Of a stretch of 64,000 bases of DNA, positions 27,101 to 42,357 are shown one piece after another (position 1 is the first letter of the stretch; each line of letters opens with the position of its first letter). The notes under the pieces were generated by a model. It did not search any database and was not told the origin of the DNA. It worked only from the letters and a program-made list of their open reading frames with translations. The stretch spans positions 96,844,001 through 96,908,000 of the forward strand of contig OX597815.1 of the NCBI GenBank assembly GCA_951406725.2. Direction: 5' to 3'. A program made the position numbers and the translations under genes. The DNA comes from Octopus vulgaris (Eukaryota).

Positions 27101-27941
27101 TAGAATTTTACCGTTTTTAAACATATGGGAGTTGTGGTGTATTTGGTAATAGAAGCATAATTTGAAGAATAACTGACTCTTTCCACTTGATTTATGAGTT
27201 TGTCTTCACAGATATATAAACAAATTAAACATATACATCATTGCTGATGTTGCAGCAGCTAATAGGCGTGTTTTGCAATGCTATAATTACTGTTGGAAAT
27301 ATATTACAACGAACCATGAGAACTATAGACTAAATTGAAGTGCCTCAAATATTATTTGTATTTGTTATTATGGATACATAACTAAATGAATATATAAACA
27401 ATTCCAGTTTTACAGCGTTTAATGGATGCATTTTCAAGTGGCAAATATTCACTTTGTCGTTTTTAATAGAATTCTAAATTCGTTAAAGTATAGACTGTGC
27501 TTTACAGTTTAGTCGCAATGCATTTTTCGATCACAACTGTACAGCTGATTTAAGATGTAAAATGTGTTTTAAATTTTGAAATTTGCATTTCGTGAGAATA
27601 AGTGACTTGAAAGTTTTCTTAGTGACGAAAGAGAACAGATATAAGTGCGTTCGACTAACCAGAAGCAACTACATACTCAAAGAAAGCGTAGATATTGAAT
27701 ACAAAAAAGGGGCAACAAAACATCCATATAGACGATGCAAAGATAACAAGGACGGGTTATTCGGAGTAGTCTGTACTCAGTTGAGTTCAATATTATCTTT
27801 GCAATTTCGACTGGTTATACTCGAGATTGCTCCAATCTGGCCAGACTCAAGGAAAAACTAAGCTAAGAGCATTAAATTCCTTGGAAGAAAGCAGCGAATG
27901 TATACAAAAACAAAGACGAAAAAAGAGCTGAGCAATGACAC

Positions 27942-28832
27942 TCTGGAAGAAACCAAAACATTCACATAGAGACCATCGGACACTTACGCGAATTGTTAGA
28001 AATGATTATTAAAGCACAGCTCCCAAATTTACTGCAGAGTTTAATGACCATCTCGAGAACCCAGTTTCCACAAAGACTGTTCGCCAGGAGCTGCACAAAG
28101 CCAGATTTCACATGTGGGCTACAATCAGAAAAACCTTACTTTCAAAAACAAAAGTTGCAAAGCATTTAGAGTGCAGTAAAAACCTACAGAATTGGTACCT
28201 AGAGCAGTAGACGAGTCATCTTTTATCTTATTGTCGACCACCGATTGAGTATACGTGTGGAAACAGCGAAAAGAATCATTTGACCCAAACTACGTTTTTC
28301 CCAACAGTTAAATATGGAGGAGAATTTGTGATGATCTAGTGGGCTATATCTTGGAAATCCGCCGGTCCAATGGCTTCCATTCATGGCAGAATATTCAAGA
28401 TTATTTAAGTATTTTATCTGATAAATTAATCCTATGGTTGCGGAACTGTTTCCGGAGAGAAACGCAATCTTTGGGGATGATAATGTACCAACTCACACAG
28501 CTAAAGTTGTTAGTGAAAGACACGAGGAAGATTCTAGGGAAGCTGAACCTCTTATCTGGCCACAAAATTCCACAGATCTCAATATTATTAAACACTTATG
28601 GTGCATTTTAGAAAAACAAGTAAGGAGTCGATATCCTCCACTATCATCACTACAAGAACTGGAGACTGTTTCTGCAGAAGAATGGGCAAAATTTTTTTCG
28701 GAAACAATTCAGTCTTTGTACGAGTCCATACCTCATAGAATTCAAGCTGCAATTACTGCAAAAGGCCGTCCTACCCTATATTAAAATTAATTTGTTTGTA
28801 ATTTTAAGGTGTTTCCATTATTTTGTCCAACC

Positions 28833-28836
<4 letters not shown>
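27942..28836 (+). mobile_element. Tc1-family transposon remnant (disrupted transposase plus right end)
   Basis: NPVSTKTVRQELHKA, DESSF, AIFGDDNVPTHTAK, WPQNSTDLNIIKHLW, YESIPHRIQAAITAKGRPTLY. TIR-like end TTATTTTGTCCAACCCC followed by TA repeats. Confidence 0.9.
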
Positions 28837-28876
<40 letters not shown>

Positions 28877-28937
28877 CATACGGGATGAACGACCTTTATT
28901 AACTTACTATAAAAGCAGGTGTTAAGACGTAACACCT

Positions 28938-29395
<458 letters not shown>

Positions 29396-29598
29396 AATAT
29401 ATGTAGCATGGCAAGATACTCAGTACGGAAATAAAATCTAACAGTTCATGACCATACTTAATCATTGCTAAGACAATTTGAATCAGATGAACGAGAATTT
29501 ACAAACCCTATTATACAAGACATCAAATAATGGTAAGGGTTGAATTACAAAGGAGACAGATAAACACATTCACGCATACAAACTTGTATATGTTTTCA

Positions 29599-29638
<40 letters not shown>

Positions 29639-32600
29639 TTTTTACTTGATATAAAACGAAAACCATATATAGTCTCTATTTACTCTCACGAACACTTTAA
29701 AAGCAACCAATCATTGCAATGTTTTACAGGTCATTGTTTTATTTTTATCTGAACTATCAAAAGCATTGTCTATTATTTGGTATTTATCTAAGGAATTTTT
29801 TATTTCTCTTTTTTTTTATTTTTATGTATCAAATGAAAACCAAAGAATTGTTATCGATTATTGTAAACGATTGTCATTATCACTCACACAGCAGCTTTTG
29901 TGCCAATTCCATTCTTCTCTACTCAACTCTATTTGGAGACTGCAATAAAACTAGCTCTTAAGAGAGAGTTAAGTAATTTTATTTTTAAAGAATTTAAAAT
30001 GCTTAAATAATGATAAAACTAATGAAAGACAACAATGTAAATGCCAACGGAGAAAAAAATGAGTCACTATTTCTTAAAATATTTATTCCAGCTCATCTAT
30101 TACCAAATGTTATTAAGCACCGTTTACAAAAAATAAATAGGTAAATAAATAATTAGAAAGTGAATAAAATTTTTTAAATGAGACATTTTTGTTTGTTTTA
30201 CCTTTTGAGAGAATAACAATACATGGCGAAATCAGGAGAAAATATAAATAAAAAAATATCTGAACATATTTCTGAATTGTACTTCATTCAACGTATTAGT
30301 GTGTATTGTTCCTCGCTTCCTTTACAACCCCTGGGCTATTTATATTTATATAGACCTGTACCAACTGTACTCACTTGCATATATGAACATTCGTACATGT
30401 ACAAATATACACATGCTCACCCTCACATACATGCATACATACATATATATATAATCATACACACACTCTACACACACATATGGACACACATACAAGACTC
30501 TTCAATTTAGTGCACGTCACAAATATAGTGGTGCTACCAGAATGTGCATCACTTATCTACACACATTGACACCTACCCAGCGAGAATGCACAGACACCCA
30601 CAAACATGATTACAAACTCTCTCACGCAACATAAATATGTTCGTTTGTGTATGTGCGCGTGTGTATAATAAATTGGCGCAAGTTTACCCATTAAGCACTT
30701 GACTCCAGAGTTTACAAGTCGCCTTCGCATATGCTACGTACCTCAAATATACACTCCCCAACATTTGCACACACAAATGTCCAAGAGATATAGTTAAAAC
30801 TAATATTGTACACAGAACACAGGTGATACCATTCTACTAAGTAAGATAGCACTATGTAGTCTACATTATTAGGGAATCATTTATTTATTATTATTTTTTG
30901 TTTTGTTTAGTGGGATGAGTTTAACACATTATTTACCTATATAAACATTGCCCTGTATATATTTTATATTTTAGTCAACATATTCAATATTTTAGTTGAC
31001 ACAGACGACTACTCCCTCCAGTCTCATTTAAACTCTTAATTTCTAACCCCTTTCTTCATGCAAGTTTGTTCCTTTTTCCATCTCATGCACCAAAACTGTT
31101 TTTCCCTTGCTTTAACAATAAATGACATTCTGTGAAATTTTGTCGGTCAAGGAAAATAATTTTGCGCAGTGACTTTTTATTTCGTCTATTCATTGTTGAT
31201 TTTTGTTCTACACAGGGAAGAAATTTAACTCCACTCATGATCCAGTATTTTTCGGGATCTCCTAGATTGATGAGAGGAAAGAGAGCAATTAGCCTCAAAC
31301 TAGGGAATTGAAAACATGCTTGCAACTGAGTGATATCCCCTAATGACGACATGAGTTGAGCCGGCCGGTTGTTAATCAATGCACTTATGTTAACGAAGTA
31401 TGAACCCAGAACACAAGCGGTCCATACTAGCTTACTCAATATGCAACCACAAATGTATAATCGAATTCCAGACTATGGATGTTTGTATGTCTACTTCTGT
31501 TCACTTTCTATCACTTCATATCTTTCGTTGCTGTATTTGCCAAATTCACTGTGATTCTTAATCTCCATCTTTCATTCAACTCTCCCCCGTTCACATTACC
31601 TATTTGACTTCTGTTTTATTTTCACTTCCGCAGCACCTCTTGTGTTTCACCTCTCCCTCAATGTGCTCTTCTTTCTATGTCATTCATCTTCCCTTTCTAT
31701 CACCTTGGTTTTCTTTTCTGCCTCTTCCTTTTGATTTCTCATTGTCTACTTTGCTCTGTTATTACATTAGACAATTTGCTCTATAGTTCTGAATACTTTC
31801 TCGCCTCTCTGATGGCTACATATTTCTTTGTATCTTCCCGTCTAATTTCCGATCTCTAACCCAATCTATGTTTTAACATCCATCTTTTTATCTCAGTTCA
31901 ACTTCCTCCCTCGCTATAATAAGTTTACATTCTTCATGAGGAGACAAAACATTCATTGATTGCAAGCAGAAGAGTTTCGTCAAGTCCATGTATGTAGCAA
32001 AAGTGTTAAGACTATATTTTAATATACTACTGTGCATAATCAATTTATCTTTAAGGTTATTTGTAATTACAAATTACTCGAGGTCCACAATATACGTAAA
32101 TCATTTTCTCTATGTGAGAAATAATCGATATGTTATGAAGATTTGTTCAAACTCTTTAGATCTAATAGATACAAATACGTCTAGAATTATCATTTGCCTG
32201 TAGTTATTGTCAAACTGTCCTTTAGCTAAACATTTCAGCTAACTTGAAAATTAAATACTAAAAATGTGAAATTATCACTTCCCACTTTTCTTTCATTTTA
32301 ACAAATTCTTAATAAAACCTATGCCATTGCTGTATTTGAGTAATGATCCTTACCTTATGGTAATCTCGCTGTCCCAGTCTTGACATCAATTTTCCTTCTA
32401 TATCTATCGCTGTTGATATTTTAATCCCTATAATTCACTTTTTTCCCAAGCATTCTCTCTCTTTGTAGTCTCTGCGAGAACATCTATGATATATTTCCTC
32501 CCACGTCCATCGATTAATGTTACTCTCTATTCTGTTCTCTCCTGCCTAATCTTTCTCTCGCAGTACCACTGCATCTTGTTTTTTATATGATGTTCTATCA

Positions 32601-32842
32601 CACTCTTTATAGGACAATATTTCTATCACAAACTGAATATATACTATAGTATCATGCGATGTTATGAAAGTAAAAGTCGAAGACAAACAACTATTGATTA
32701 AATTCATCCGATTATCTACCACAAATATCGGTGGCGTCATTTTGCGTATGCGCCATTCTCCCCACACGGTCACACATACATACAAACCAAACAAGCAAGG
32801 AACACACTTATGTGTATATGTATGTATATATCTATCTATCTA

Positions 32843-32891
<49 letters not shown>

Positions 32892-33964
32892 CTGTGAGTG
32901 TGAGTGTTTGTGGTTGCATATGTGTAATTACTGTTGTGAAAATGAATATCTCCTTGCATTTAAGAACAGTAGTGTGTATGTGATGTCCTTGTATGGGTAT
33001 GCATGGGAAAAAGTTATTATATATGGGTTTGTGTGACGTTATAAATGCAGATGGTAAATAAAGATATGAAGGTGACTATATGTCTGTGGAAATGAAGTGT
33101 CAACCACTTAATAAAAAAATGAAAGGATATTTGGTTTGCATTGCCTCCTCCTTACTTCGTTACCTGTTAATGAAAAAAGACAACGACGTATACTTTAAAT
33201 GCTTATATAATAGCGGTTTTTCTTGACACATACACATACATAAAAACTCATATAATATCTTACGTTCATTTTTGCGTTTTTTTCTCATGCTTTAGGGATA
33301 TTGAATAAGACCAATATAACAAATGTATGTTTAAAAACCTGCAAAGAGAGAACAACATAGCAATGAATATCAACAAAAAATAAATAAATATGAAAATAAT
33401 AATAAGTACTGTACATGACGTGAAATGTTAAAATGTCAAGAGATAAATGTTCTTGTCACAGGAGCTGATGGTTTCTTTTCGATCTTTTTGTTTTGCTTCT
33501 TAAACGTTTTAGGTATTGCCTGATTGTGTATTCTCTCTATATTTTTCAGTTGTGTTAATAGTTACATTGAATTGTCAGAACAAGATAGAGGAATCTTCAA
33601 ATAAATGCATAACGGTTTGTGTCGTGATGTCTGTTTAACTACTACGGTTTGGCATACCATGTAATGCATTACTTATTTATGATAAATATCTTCGTGACCA
33701 ATTCTATTGGTCTTTCTAAAGTTGGACAAAATACATTATCATTAATGATTAGTATTTCACCTTTTTCAAACAGGATAATGTCCACAATATAGCAAATATA
33801 TAAGGAGTGATCAAAAATAATATCATTACGTTAGGGGTAAATTTAATCATGGTCAGAACCCAGGGAATATTTCTGGTACTGCTCAACATGTTAATGATTT
33901 TAGGAGGCTTGGCAGGATTATATGTCACACGCGCGCACATACACATACGCACACACACACAAAT

Positions 33965-33999
<35 letters not shown>

Positions 34000-35217
34000 T
34001 GTATATTTATATATATCAAAACAATAGTGGTTAAATTTAATGCCTCGATGACTTTAATACCACCACTTTGCACCTCTTGTGCCTTTAGCGATGTCTGCTG
34101 TGGTGCAAGCACTTGTGTTAGAACTTCGATTTAAGGATATTTTACTCCCTAGCGAAGTCTTGGAGATCTTTAAGAGGATCAAGGGCCTCACCTCTCTTCC
34201 TTTCTAAATTATGTACATATATGTATATGCGCCAACAGCATCCGGTTCCATTGTAGTTTTGCAGCAGTACGATAGTTACTAAGGTTATTTGTCCTTAAAT
34301 AGCAGTATTTGAAATGTTTCGTAGGCATTCATCTAGCCATAGATCGATTATTAATCCTGAACAAGGTTCTAAACTTTAGACAAACAATGATATAAATGCA
34401 TTGTATTATGGCGTATGAAACGAAAATAAATTTCCACCAAAGAAAATATTCATTTTGGGAAAGAATATTGGCTGAAGATATTAAAATACAATAAAAGAAG
34501 AAAAGGTGAAAAAGAAAGATAATAACGCTAAGATGTGATGCCACGTGACAAAATTATCATAGGAGATAGAATATATATGCGGAATATCAAGAAATTGCTT
34601 GTTTGCGAAAACAAGATGCATCTTGAAAATAACCTGTTTTTCGTTTAAGTGAATTGATATTACCATAGTAACGCTAACATTATGCTTCATGGATATCATT
34701 GCTTTTTTGTTAGCTTTTCCTTTTTCTTTCTTTCTTTTTTTCATTACCATGACATTAAAATGTCATAATAGCAATCTTGATCCGATAAACTAATTTCGGT
34801 TTTGATTTTACTTGCTGACTGCTCCTGCTTAATACTGTGTTATTAGTCATGATATCTTGCTTAAGCTATCTGTTTTATGGAGGACGCGTATTTTCATAAG
34901 TGGTGTATCTTTGTTCCTTAACTTCTCATCTAACTGTTGTTCTCGATTCATATTACATGTCCATAACTTTGGAATATTCATGTTTTTGCATACTGTAGGC
35001 AATTACTCAAACATGATGTTTGTTTTCTCTTTCTCTTTATTTTTTCTCCCTCTTAATTTATATTTCCATCTATTACCATATTCATGTAACTCTTTCCCCA
35101 CTTTCTTTCTCCAGTATCAGCCATCTAGAAAATGCAATGTTGCCTTGCAATTTTTTTCTCCATAAAAAAAATATATATTTGTGTGTGCATAACACTGTAT
35201 ATTCACATATGCGCGTG

Positions 35218-35308
<91 letters not shown>

Positions 35309-36430
35309 CGACGTGTGTATCTTTTGCATTTGTGTAAGTTTATGTATGCAAGTACGAATAAGCACTTGTATGAATATTTGGGTGCATGTATTTGTGTATA
35401 TATTGTTAATAACTCAGAAGAGGTGGCGTAAAAGATATTAGAAATACGACACAGGGAATGTAATATAAAAGAAAGGAATTGCAATAAATATTTTTTAAAA
35501 TGTTTTGCTGAACTATGTGTATATTGTTGTTATTATTTACAATAAGAATACTAACTGTATCAATATCAATACTAAGAACAATACTAATAATAATATCATT
35601 TTTTTATTATTAGAATTACACCGTTACTTTTATCTTAATAACTCGGGGTTTAAGAAATATACCAAGATCTTCCCTTCTTCCCTCCCCCCCCCCAAAAAAA
35701 AGTAACTATTTCTTAGGAGTGTATAGGAGTCTTTAAGATAACATAAAAGCTTATCGAAAAATCCTTTCAAACAGTATACAACCATATGACTCATGTATGT
35801 TTATGATTAACGTGTGTTTAAGATTATCGTGGGCGCAGGTAACAACCTTGTTTAAGGTTAAGAATTGCTTTGTAAAAATGCCCAAACAATGTTTTTAGTG
35901 AATAAATTTTCTGAAATATGACTCTGGCTAAATATATCGTTAATAACTCAGTGCCATTTCTGAAATGGTTGTTAATCAGTCAATTCTCTAAGGTCATACT
36001 AATGTTTTAGTTTCAATTAGTTAAAGTCCAATTAGGTATATCAGTATGACTTTGCAGACTGCTAATTATTGATTTAGTAATTTTTCTGCATTTGCTACAT
36101 CAATTGACAGCACTCTGTTGTCATTTATGGGCATAGAAATGATATGATGCTGTCCGCCTGTCACATGGTGGTACGCAAAACTTTCAAAGTCATATATGTT
36201 CAAGGTGTATCCGAAATATGCCTACTATTTTAAACGTTTACTGTGGCGCTAATAAAGTTATAACAGTATATATCTGCCTTAATATAACTAATACTTTACT
36301 CTTTACTGTAGTTACTACCATGATTTGAACCGGTGGCTATCGTAATTTTGATGTTGAAATGTTTAACAAGAACAAGAATGGTGAAGGCGGGAAATTTTTG
36401 TTGAATCGACAAATAGATTCTATTTATAAT

Positions 36431-36528
36431 TTCTTCTTCTTCTTCTTCTTCTTCTTCTTCTTCTTCTTCTTCTTCTTCTTCTTCTTCTTCTTCTTCTTCT
36501 TCTTCTCCTCCTCTCCCTCCTCCTCCTT

Positions 36529-36578
<50 letters not shown>

Positions 36579-36609
36579 CATCATCATCATCATTATTATT
36601 ATTGTTTTA

Positions 36610-36702
<93 letters not shown>
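36431..36702. repeat. (TTC)n and (ATT)n microsatellites
   Basis: Seen directly. Confidence 0.95.
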
Positions 36703-38547
36703 TTTTTTTTTTTACTGGGCGGTGAAGCCGATAGATGTACCAAATCGTTATATCCTCCATCAAAATAAATTCTTGTGTTTAGTCCGGTCTGGTGTGTTCT
36801 GAAGTAAAAAACCAAGATTTTTCTTTCGGAGTGAATGAAATAAAATACTAGTCAAATACTGGAGTCACTCTATTAGAAGAAAATGTTATTAAGCAGTAAG
36901 TTTGCAAACTCGTAGGAGCGGAAGGCAGAATTACTTAAGTTATTTGCTCTGGCATTTTCCTACGAATTCAACCTTGGCTTCATTCTGAGTGAAGAGCATA
37001 AATTAGCGCACGAAACAAGTAGTGGATTCAATTTAATTGACTTAACTCCTCACAATTTCTGGTTTCGCCTCATTTCTATTAGAAACTATTATTTACATCA
37101 CCGTTGCTATTTTTGAATCTTTGAAAGCAAATATAAAAATACCATCGACCATACTAATAACAAAAACAATTAGGCTTTAAGTTATACTGGAAATACTAAT
37201 TAACATAACAGGCAGAATATTTTATGAACGAAAACTTAAAAATCTAGTCGAAGTGACTTGGAGTGTTTAATTCTCTTTTTCATTCTGGATTATGATCTCT
37301 CTTGAGTTTCTGTCAACACTATGTACATAACACTACGAAATTTGCGGGTTTCTTTTTTAAAATAGCCTAACGTCATGTCATATATTACACCAATACGTGC
37401 ATTTACATTTAAGTCTGTCATGTGGGATTCGGGGGTGTTATAGCAAGAGAAGTTTAGCTGACAAACTGGTATGTAGATAAGTATGGTGCAAGCTGCATTG
37501 TGTGAAACATCTCTGAGTGGAAAGAATTCGCACTAAACTTAGACGAATATTAAATGGTAAGATATCATACTAGGTAAGGAAAATTCACTGAGATCAATTT
37601 TGGCATCTTACCGTTTGCAGTTAAACCTCACCATGCAAATATTCCACTCATTTCCTATTTATAGTATATACATACACAAATTTATGTAAAATTATGCAAA
37701 AATAAGCTGTCTAGTTAATTGACCTAATTAATAAGCGGCATTAAATTAGGTTTAAATGTAAAACAAGCTCGTATTACAGTAAATTTCATTAAGTAATGGA
37801 GTGTTACAATCAGATCCACGATTGGAATTGTAAATTTAAAGGCAGAATAAACATTCCAAAGAAACATTTAAATGCACAAAAGCAAAAAAGAATGTTCTTT
37901 GAATAGAGTATTGTTAAATTTCTACAAATAACATTAAGAGTTTTCCAATTTTCTCCACATTATATTCGAAAAATATTGTTCAGGTGTAGTTTTGCTTAGT
38001 GATGAACAAAATCACATTCATTTGATCTAGAAATTAATAATACAGAAATTACAATAATTTAAATTTATGTAATTTTAGCCAATCGAAAACCACAATTGTC
38101 AATGTTGTTATAGAAATTAAAAATACGCAATGAAGTCGAAACCGCTAAGTGGTCTCTCCAGCTGCTCGAAATAGCAGCCACATTTTCCTTCGACCATACC
38201 TTAAAGTTTGGAAAACAGTGGTATGACAGTATATGTTGTAGTTAGGGTTTTGTTTCTTTTTATTCATAATCATAGCAGCAATGATTCGTAATATTGTCCG
38301 ATATCCGCAGTGACACTCATTATGTTGTTATATGGAGCCATAAACATTGTATATATTAATAACAAATACTTACACAACGTGTTTGAGGGCAGAGATTGTA
38401 ATATAAAATATGTGTGTGTAGGTGTGTGTACGTGTGTGTATGTATGTGTGTGCGTGCACATGTGCGTGTTTAAGTTTATACGAGTGTTACTTGTTTGCAG
38501 ACTCATATTTATATTTAATATTACAAACAGGATGAATAAGTGTTTGT

Positions 38548-38780
38548 AAGGCGGCGAGCTGGCAGAAACGTTAGCACGCCGGGCGAAATGCTTCGTGGTA
38601 TTTCGTCTGCCGCTACGTTCTGAGTTCAAATTCCGCAGAGTTTGACTTTGCCTTTCGTCCTTTCGGGGTCGATTAAATAAGTACCAGTTACGCACTGGGG
38701 TCGGTATAATCGACTTAATCCGTTTGTCTGTCCTTGTTTGTCCTCTCTGTGTTTAGCCCCTTGTGGGCAATAAAGAAATA
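38548..38780 (+). mobile_element. Full-length SINE family C with 19-bp TSD
   Basis: TSD AGGATGAATAAGTGTTTGT at 38529-38547 and 38781-38799. Box B-like GAGTTCAAATTCC. Tail CAATAAAGAAATA. Confidence 0.92.
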
Positions 38781-39364
38781 AGGATGAATAAGTGTTTGTT
38801 CTTAATGGAAACACAAATCATTTGTGTTTATAGATATTAAACCTATTTAGTGTCGTTGTGAATTTAGGCCCATGTTAAGTTTCATTGGTGCTGGAATTAT
38901 AAATGTCTAGTGGCGCATTTTCTCTTACATATGTATGCTATTCTCTCTATGACAATTAACTACTAGCGGAAAGTCTGCCATACAGATGGATTTTTGCTAT
39001 CCCTTTGATAATATTTCCACATTTGATTCAAATTTCTAATATTAAAAAAAATATTTTACGTGTATTTCTTTGTATAATTGTGCTCATATGCTTAGTAAAT
39101 ATTGCATTCATTATTTTATCACAATCATAATCTGTTTTTTACTCAAACGTCACGGTAGTCCAACATCAGAGGGAGAAGCAGTTTGTCAAGATTTACCTTT
39201 CCCTCAAAGCAACATAGAGATTTCAATTCAGCCGCCCATCTCTAAACTTTGCAGTGTGTGTATGAATGACAGAAAGAGGGAAACAGAGAGTTAGAAAGAG
39301 AAAGAGAGAGAGAACATTGCAAACAATGAATGAAATAAACATGAAATGGACAAATCGTATTAAT

Positions 39365-40010
39365 AAAAGAAGTATACGTCCCCAATTTTGTTGCCTCAAA
39401 ACATTCAGGAAAATGGATACTTTTTAGGAAAATTTTCTACAAATACCGCTTAGATGTAGCTTCAGATTATATAGGGATTTATAGGAAGTAATTTTTTCGA
39501 GGGATTGGAGAGAGGAGTTTCAGAAAATTCATACAATCTGACTTTTTTCCCTCATAACTTTCAGGAAAATAGGTAATCTTTTAATGAAAATTTACTTAAA
39601 TCCCTTTGAAACGGCATACATTGCAATTATAAAGAAATTTGTGGGGAAAATATTTTTGGGGATTTTACCCATTTAAAAAAAATTACAACTTCGAAATGAT
39701 GGGGTTGGGTATGCGGGGAGCATCTTTGCATGAAAAAGTTTGCAAACTTTTTTTATTACACCTCCCTCCCTCATCATGCCACTCCGGACGTATTTCAGCC
39801 AATTTTTGTTGCACTTCAAAACCATGGGAAGAGCATTTTCGGTGAAAAAATGAAAAAAATCTGTTAATATTTTCAAAGAGAAAAGTGATTTACGGGCGAT
39901 TTGGCTGTTTTTTCTAGCACATCCAAAGACAACCCTCCTCATTTCTTTATCACTCTCGCATGTACTGATGTTTTTCAATAATTTTCCCTATAAATACCAT
40001 TTATATGTTA
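39365..40010. mobile_element. Unclassified non-coding DNA-transposon-like repeat (possibly rolling-circle derived)
   Basis: Distinct block rich in A/T tracts and GAAAATTTTC/AAAAGTTTGCAAACTTTT-type short palindromes. No coding signal and no termini confirmed. Confidence 0.3.
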
Positions 40011-40277
40011 TAAAAAGGAATATTTGAGAAATTATAAATCTTTGGCAACCCCACACTCTGCCGATTGTCTCTGTTTAGAAGCTAAAATATTGGAGAGCCT
40101 GACAAGGTCATTGCTGGTATTTATAGGCAGGGATTTAAACGTGGATGTACTTGCATAGCAAGTGACTTTATCTAAGATCGTGTGCTGAAACAAATACAAT
40201 AGCAGCCTCGGAAGATGTTTGTATACCATTCAAGAACACACAAGTACCGTTAGTGTCACTTCGACATTAGAACTTCA

Positions 40278-40331
40278 TTTGTGTCAAAATATTTTCGTCA
40301 CTTTGAAACCGTGACTGTTCATTGACAAAAC
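40278..40331 (-). ncRNA. Candidate variant type I hammerhead ribozyme motif
   Basis: Minus strand: TGTCA-ATGAACA-GTCAC(ggtttcaaa)GTGAC-GAAAATATTT-TGACA. Stem I, stem II, GAAA and a palindromic stem III are present. Core NTGAACA. Confidence 0.55.
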
Positions 40332-40811
40332 TTCACAAAATTGATGCCGCACGATGTTTTATCAGTGAACAGCAGACAAAACACACACACACACACACAG
40401 AACGCTAACACGCATGTGCGCGCACACACACACATATTCCTTGCCTTTCATCTGTGTGTGTGTGTATCTATGTGTGTGCCCGAGTGTGTATTGGCGTCTT
40501 TGTGTGTGCGTGTCACTGTTGAAGTTGTGTTTGGAAACTGTGAATTAGGTGTAAGTTTCGAGTAATGATCGGTAACTTGTTTTTCTTCTCATCTTCTAAT
40601 AGTAATTACAAATTTTTAGGCTCTTCTCACAGATATATCTCTTTCAAAAATTATAAGCGTAATTTAAAAAAAAATCTTCATTCAATAAATAATATTTTTA
40701 CATTACGTATACATTAATAGCGAATTAATACTTAAAAGGGAAAATGAGAAACCTTTCAAATGAAAATCGAATGCTCCGCAGTAAATTCAATGAATATATA
40801 TATATATATGT

Positions 40812-40877
<66 letters not shown>
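40812..40877. repeat. (GATA)n microsatellite
   Basis: Seen directly. Confidence 0.95.
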
Positions 40878-41204
40878 GCAAGGATTTAATTTTTATACGC
40901 CACAATTGCAAATATTCATTTGAGATTTTTGACGCTTTTTCAACAATTTTAAATGTTCATGATTATAAAAGTGTATTTATAGCTTCCCTTGGTAAGTTAA
41001 CGAATTTCTCAATGCATGAAAATGGCGTGATACTTATAAAATAATTTTGAATATTGTTTGGATTAAAGCGTTTAGTATAAATATATCCAATGCATATAGA
41101 TAGAAACTCAAGCGCGCATGCGCATACACTGTGTACATTCCTATATATGTATATATATCTGTGTCTGCATCTGTGCATGTGTATATGTATGCCTGTATAA
41201 GTAG

Positions 41205-41236
<32 letters not shown>

Positions 41237-41245
41237 CAAACACAT

Positions 41246-41282
<37 letters not shown>

Positions 41283-41733
41283 GATATATGAATGCGTGAG
41301 TTTCTATGAAAAGACGTAATAAAGGGTAAATTACAACTGCAAAAGCTTTTGCAATTCCATATTCTTCGATGCTAAACATCTAATCCTCTGATACGTAAGC
41401 GCCACCGAACCTACTAATGTAAGTGCTCTGGATATAAATAAACTATGAAAAATTTTACCGAGAATTTGACATCCAATTATTGGAAACAAATTACATATAC
41501 ATTTCATGCAACATTTCCTATTTTCGTATTTGTATGTTGAAGATTTAAAAAAAAAAGTTATGCATTAGAAATTGTCAATGTTTGCTCTTTTTGCATACTC
41601 ATTTTGCAGTATCTTCAATTTATGGTTTCTAGAGTGTTTCTCAGTTCGTAGTTGCGTTAAATTTCATCTACGCTGCATATATATTTATTAATATTATTTC
41701 GATCATGTATATATATATACATATATATATATA

Positions 41734-41773
<40 letters not shown>

Positions 41774-42235
41774 CATATATACATATATATATACATACAT
41801 ACATATATACATATATATATACATACATATATATGTGTATGCGTGCGTATATATGTGTATGCGTGCGTATATATATGTATGTATCCGTATATGCATATAT
41901 GTGTGTGTATGTTTATATATATATATATATATATATATGATATATGTATACGAAAACATATATATATAGAGAGAGAAAGAGGAAAATGAAGAGATAGATA
42001 GAAAGAGAGATTGATATATGCATTTACATGTACATAGAGGTACATACATACATACATATATATATGCATACACATATACAAATGTATTTCATATTTTATT
42101 ACTTTAAGATACCGGAATGTTGACATACCGGAGCACTGCCTTTAATACATTTGTCGATTGTGTCAATTCATTGTGTATTTCATTTTGTCCCAATTTTATT
42201 TAACTCTGTTTACCGCCTCATATCGTTCTAGTAAA

Positions 42236-42357
42236 CATAATTTCGATGGCACAAGTAAAACCCCATTTTAAAGCAAAGATCCATAAATGTAATGATACAC
42301 ATTACATTTATGGATCTCTGCTTTAAAATGGGGTTTTGCTGATGCCATCGAATTATG
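42236..42357. repeat. ~120-bp hairpin (about 58-bp arms, 5-nt loop)
   Basis: ...AAAACCCCATTTTAAAGCAAAGATCCATAAATGTAATG-ATACA-CATTACATTTATGGATCTCTGCTTTAAAATGGGGTTTT... Confidence 0.9.

Noticed and set aside
27762-27940. Minus-strand GTCTGG...CCAGTC-GAAA stem as a hammerhead
   Set aside because: The upstream core reads TCCTTGA, not CTGANGA, and stem III/NUH is unconvincing. Probably a repeat fragment, but a ribozyme is not supported.
33431-33520. NVLVTGADGFF resembling a Rossmann-fold motif
   Set aside because: The third Gly is missing, the frame closes quickly and no further exons are seen.
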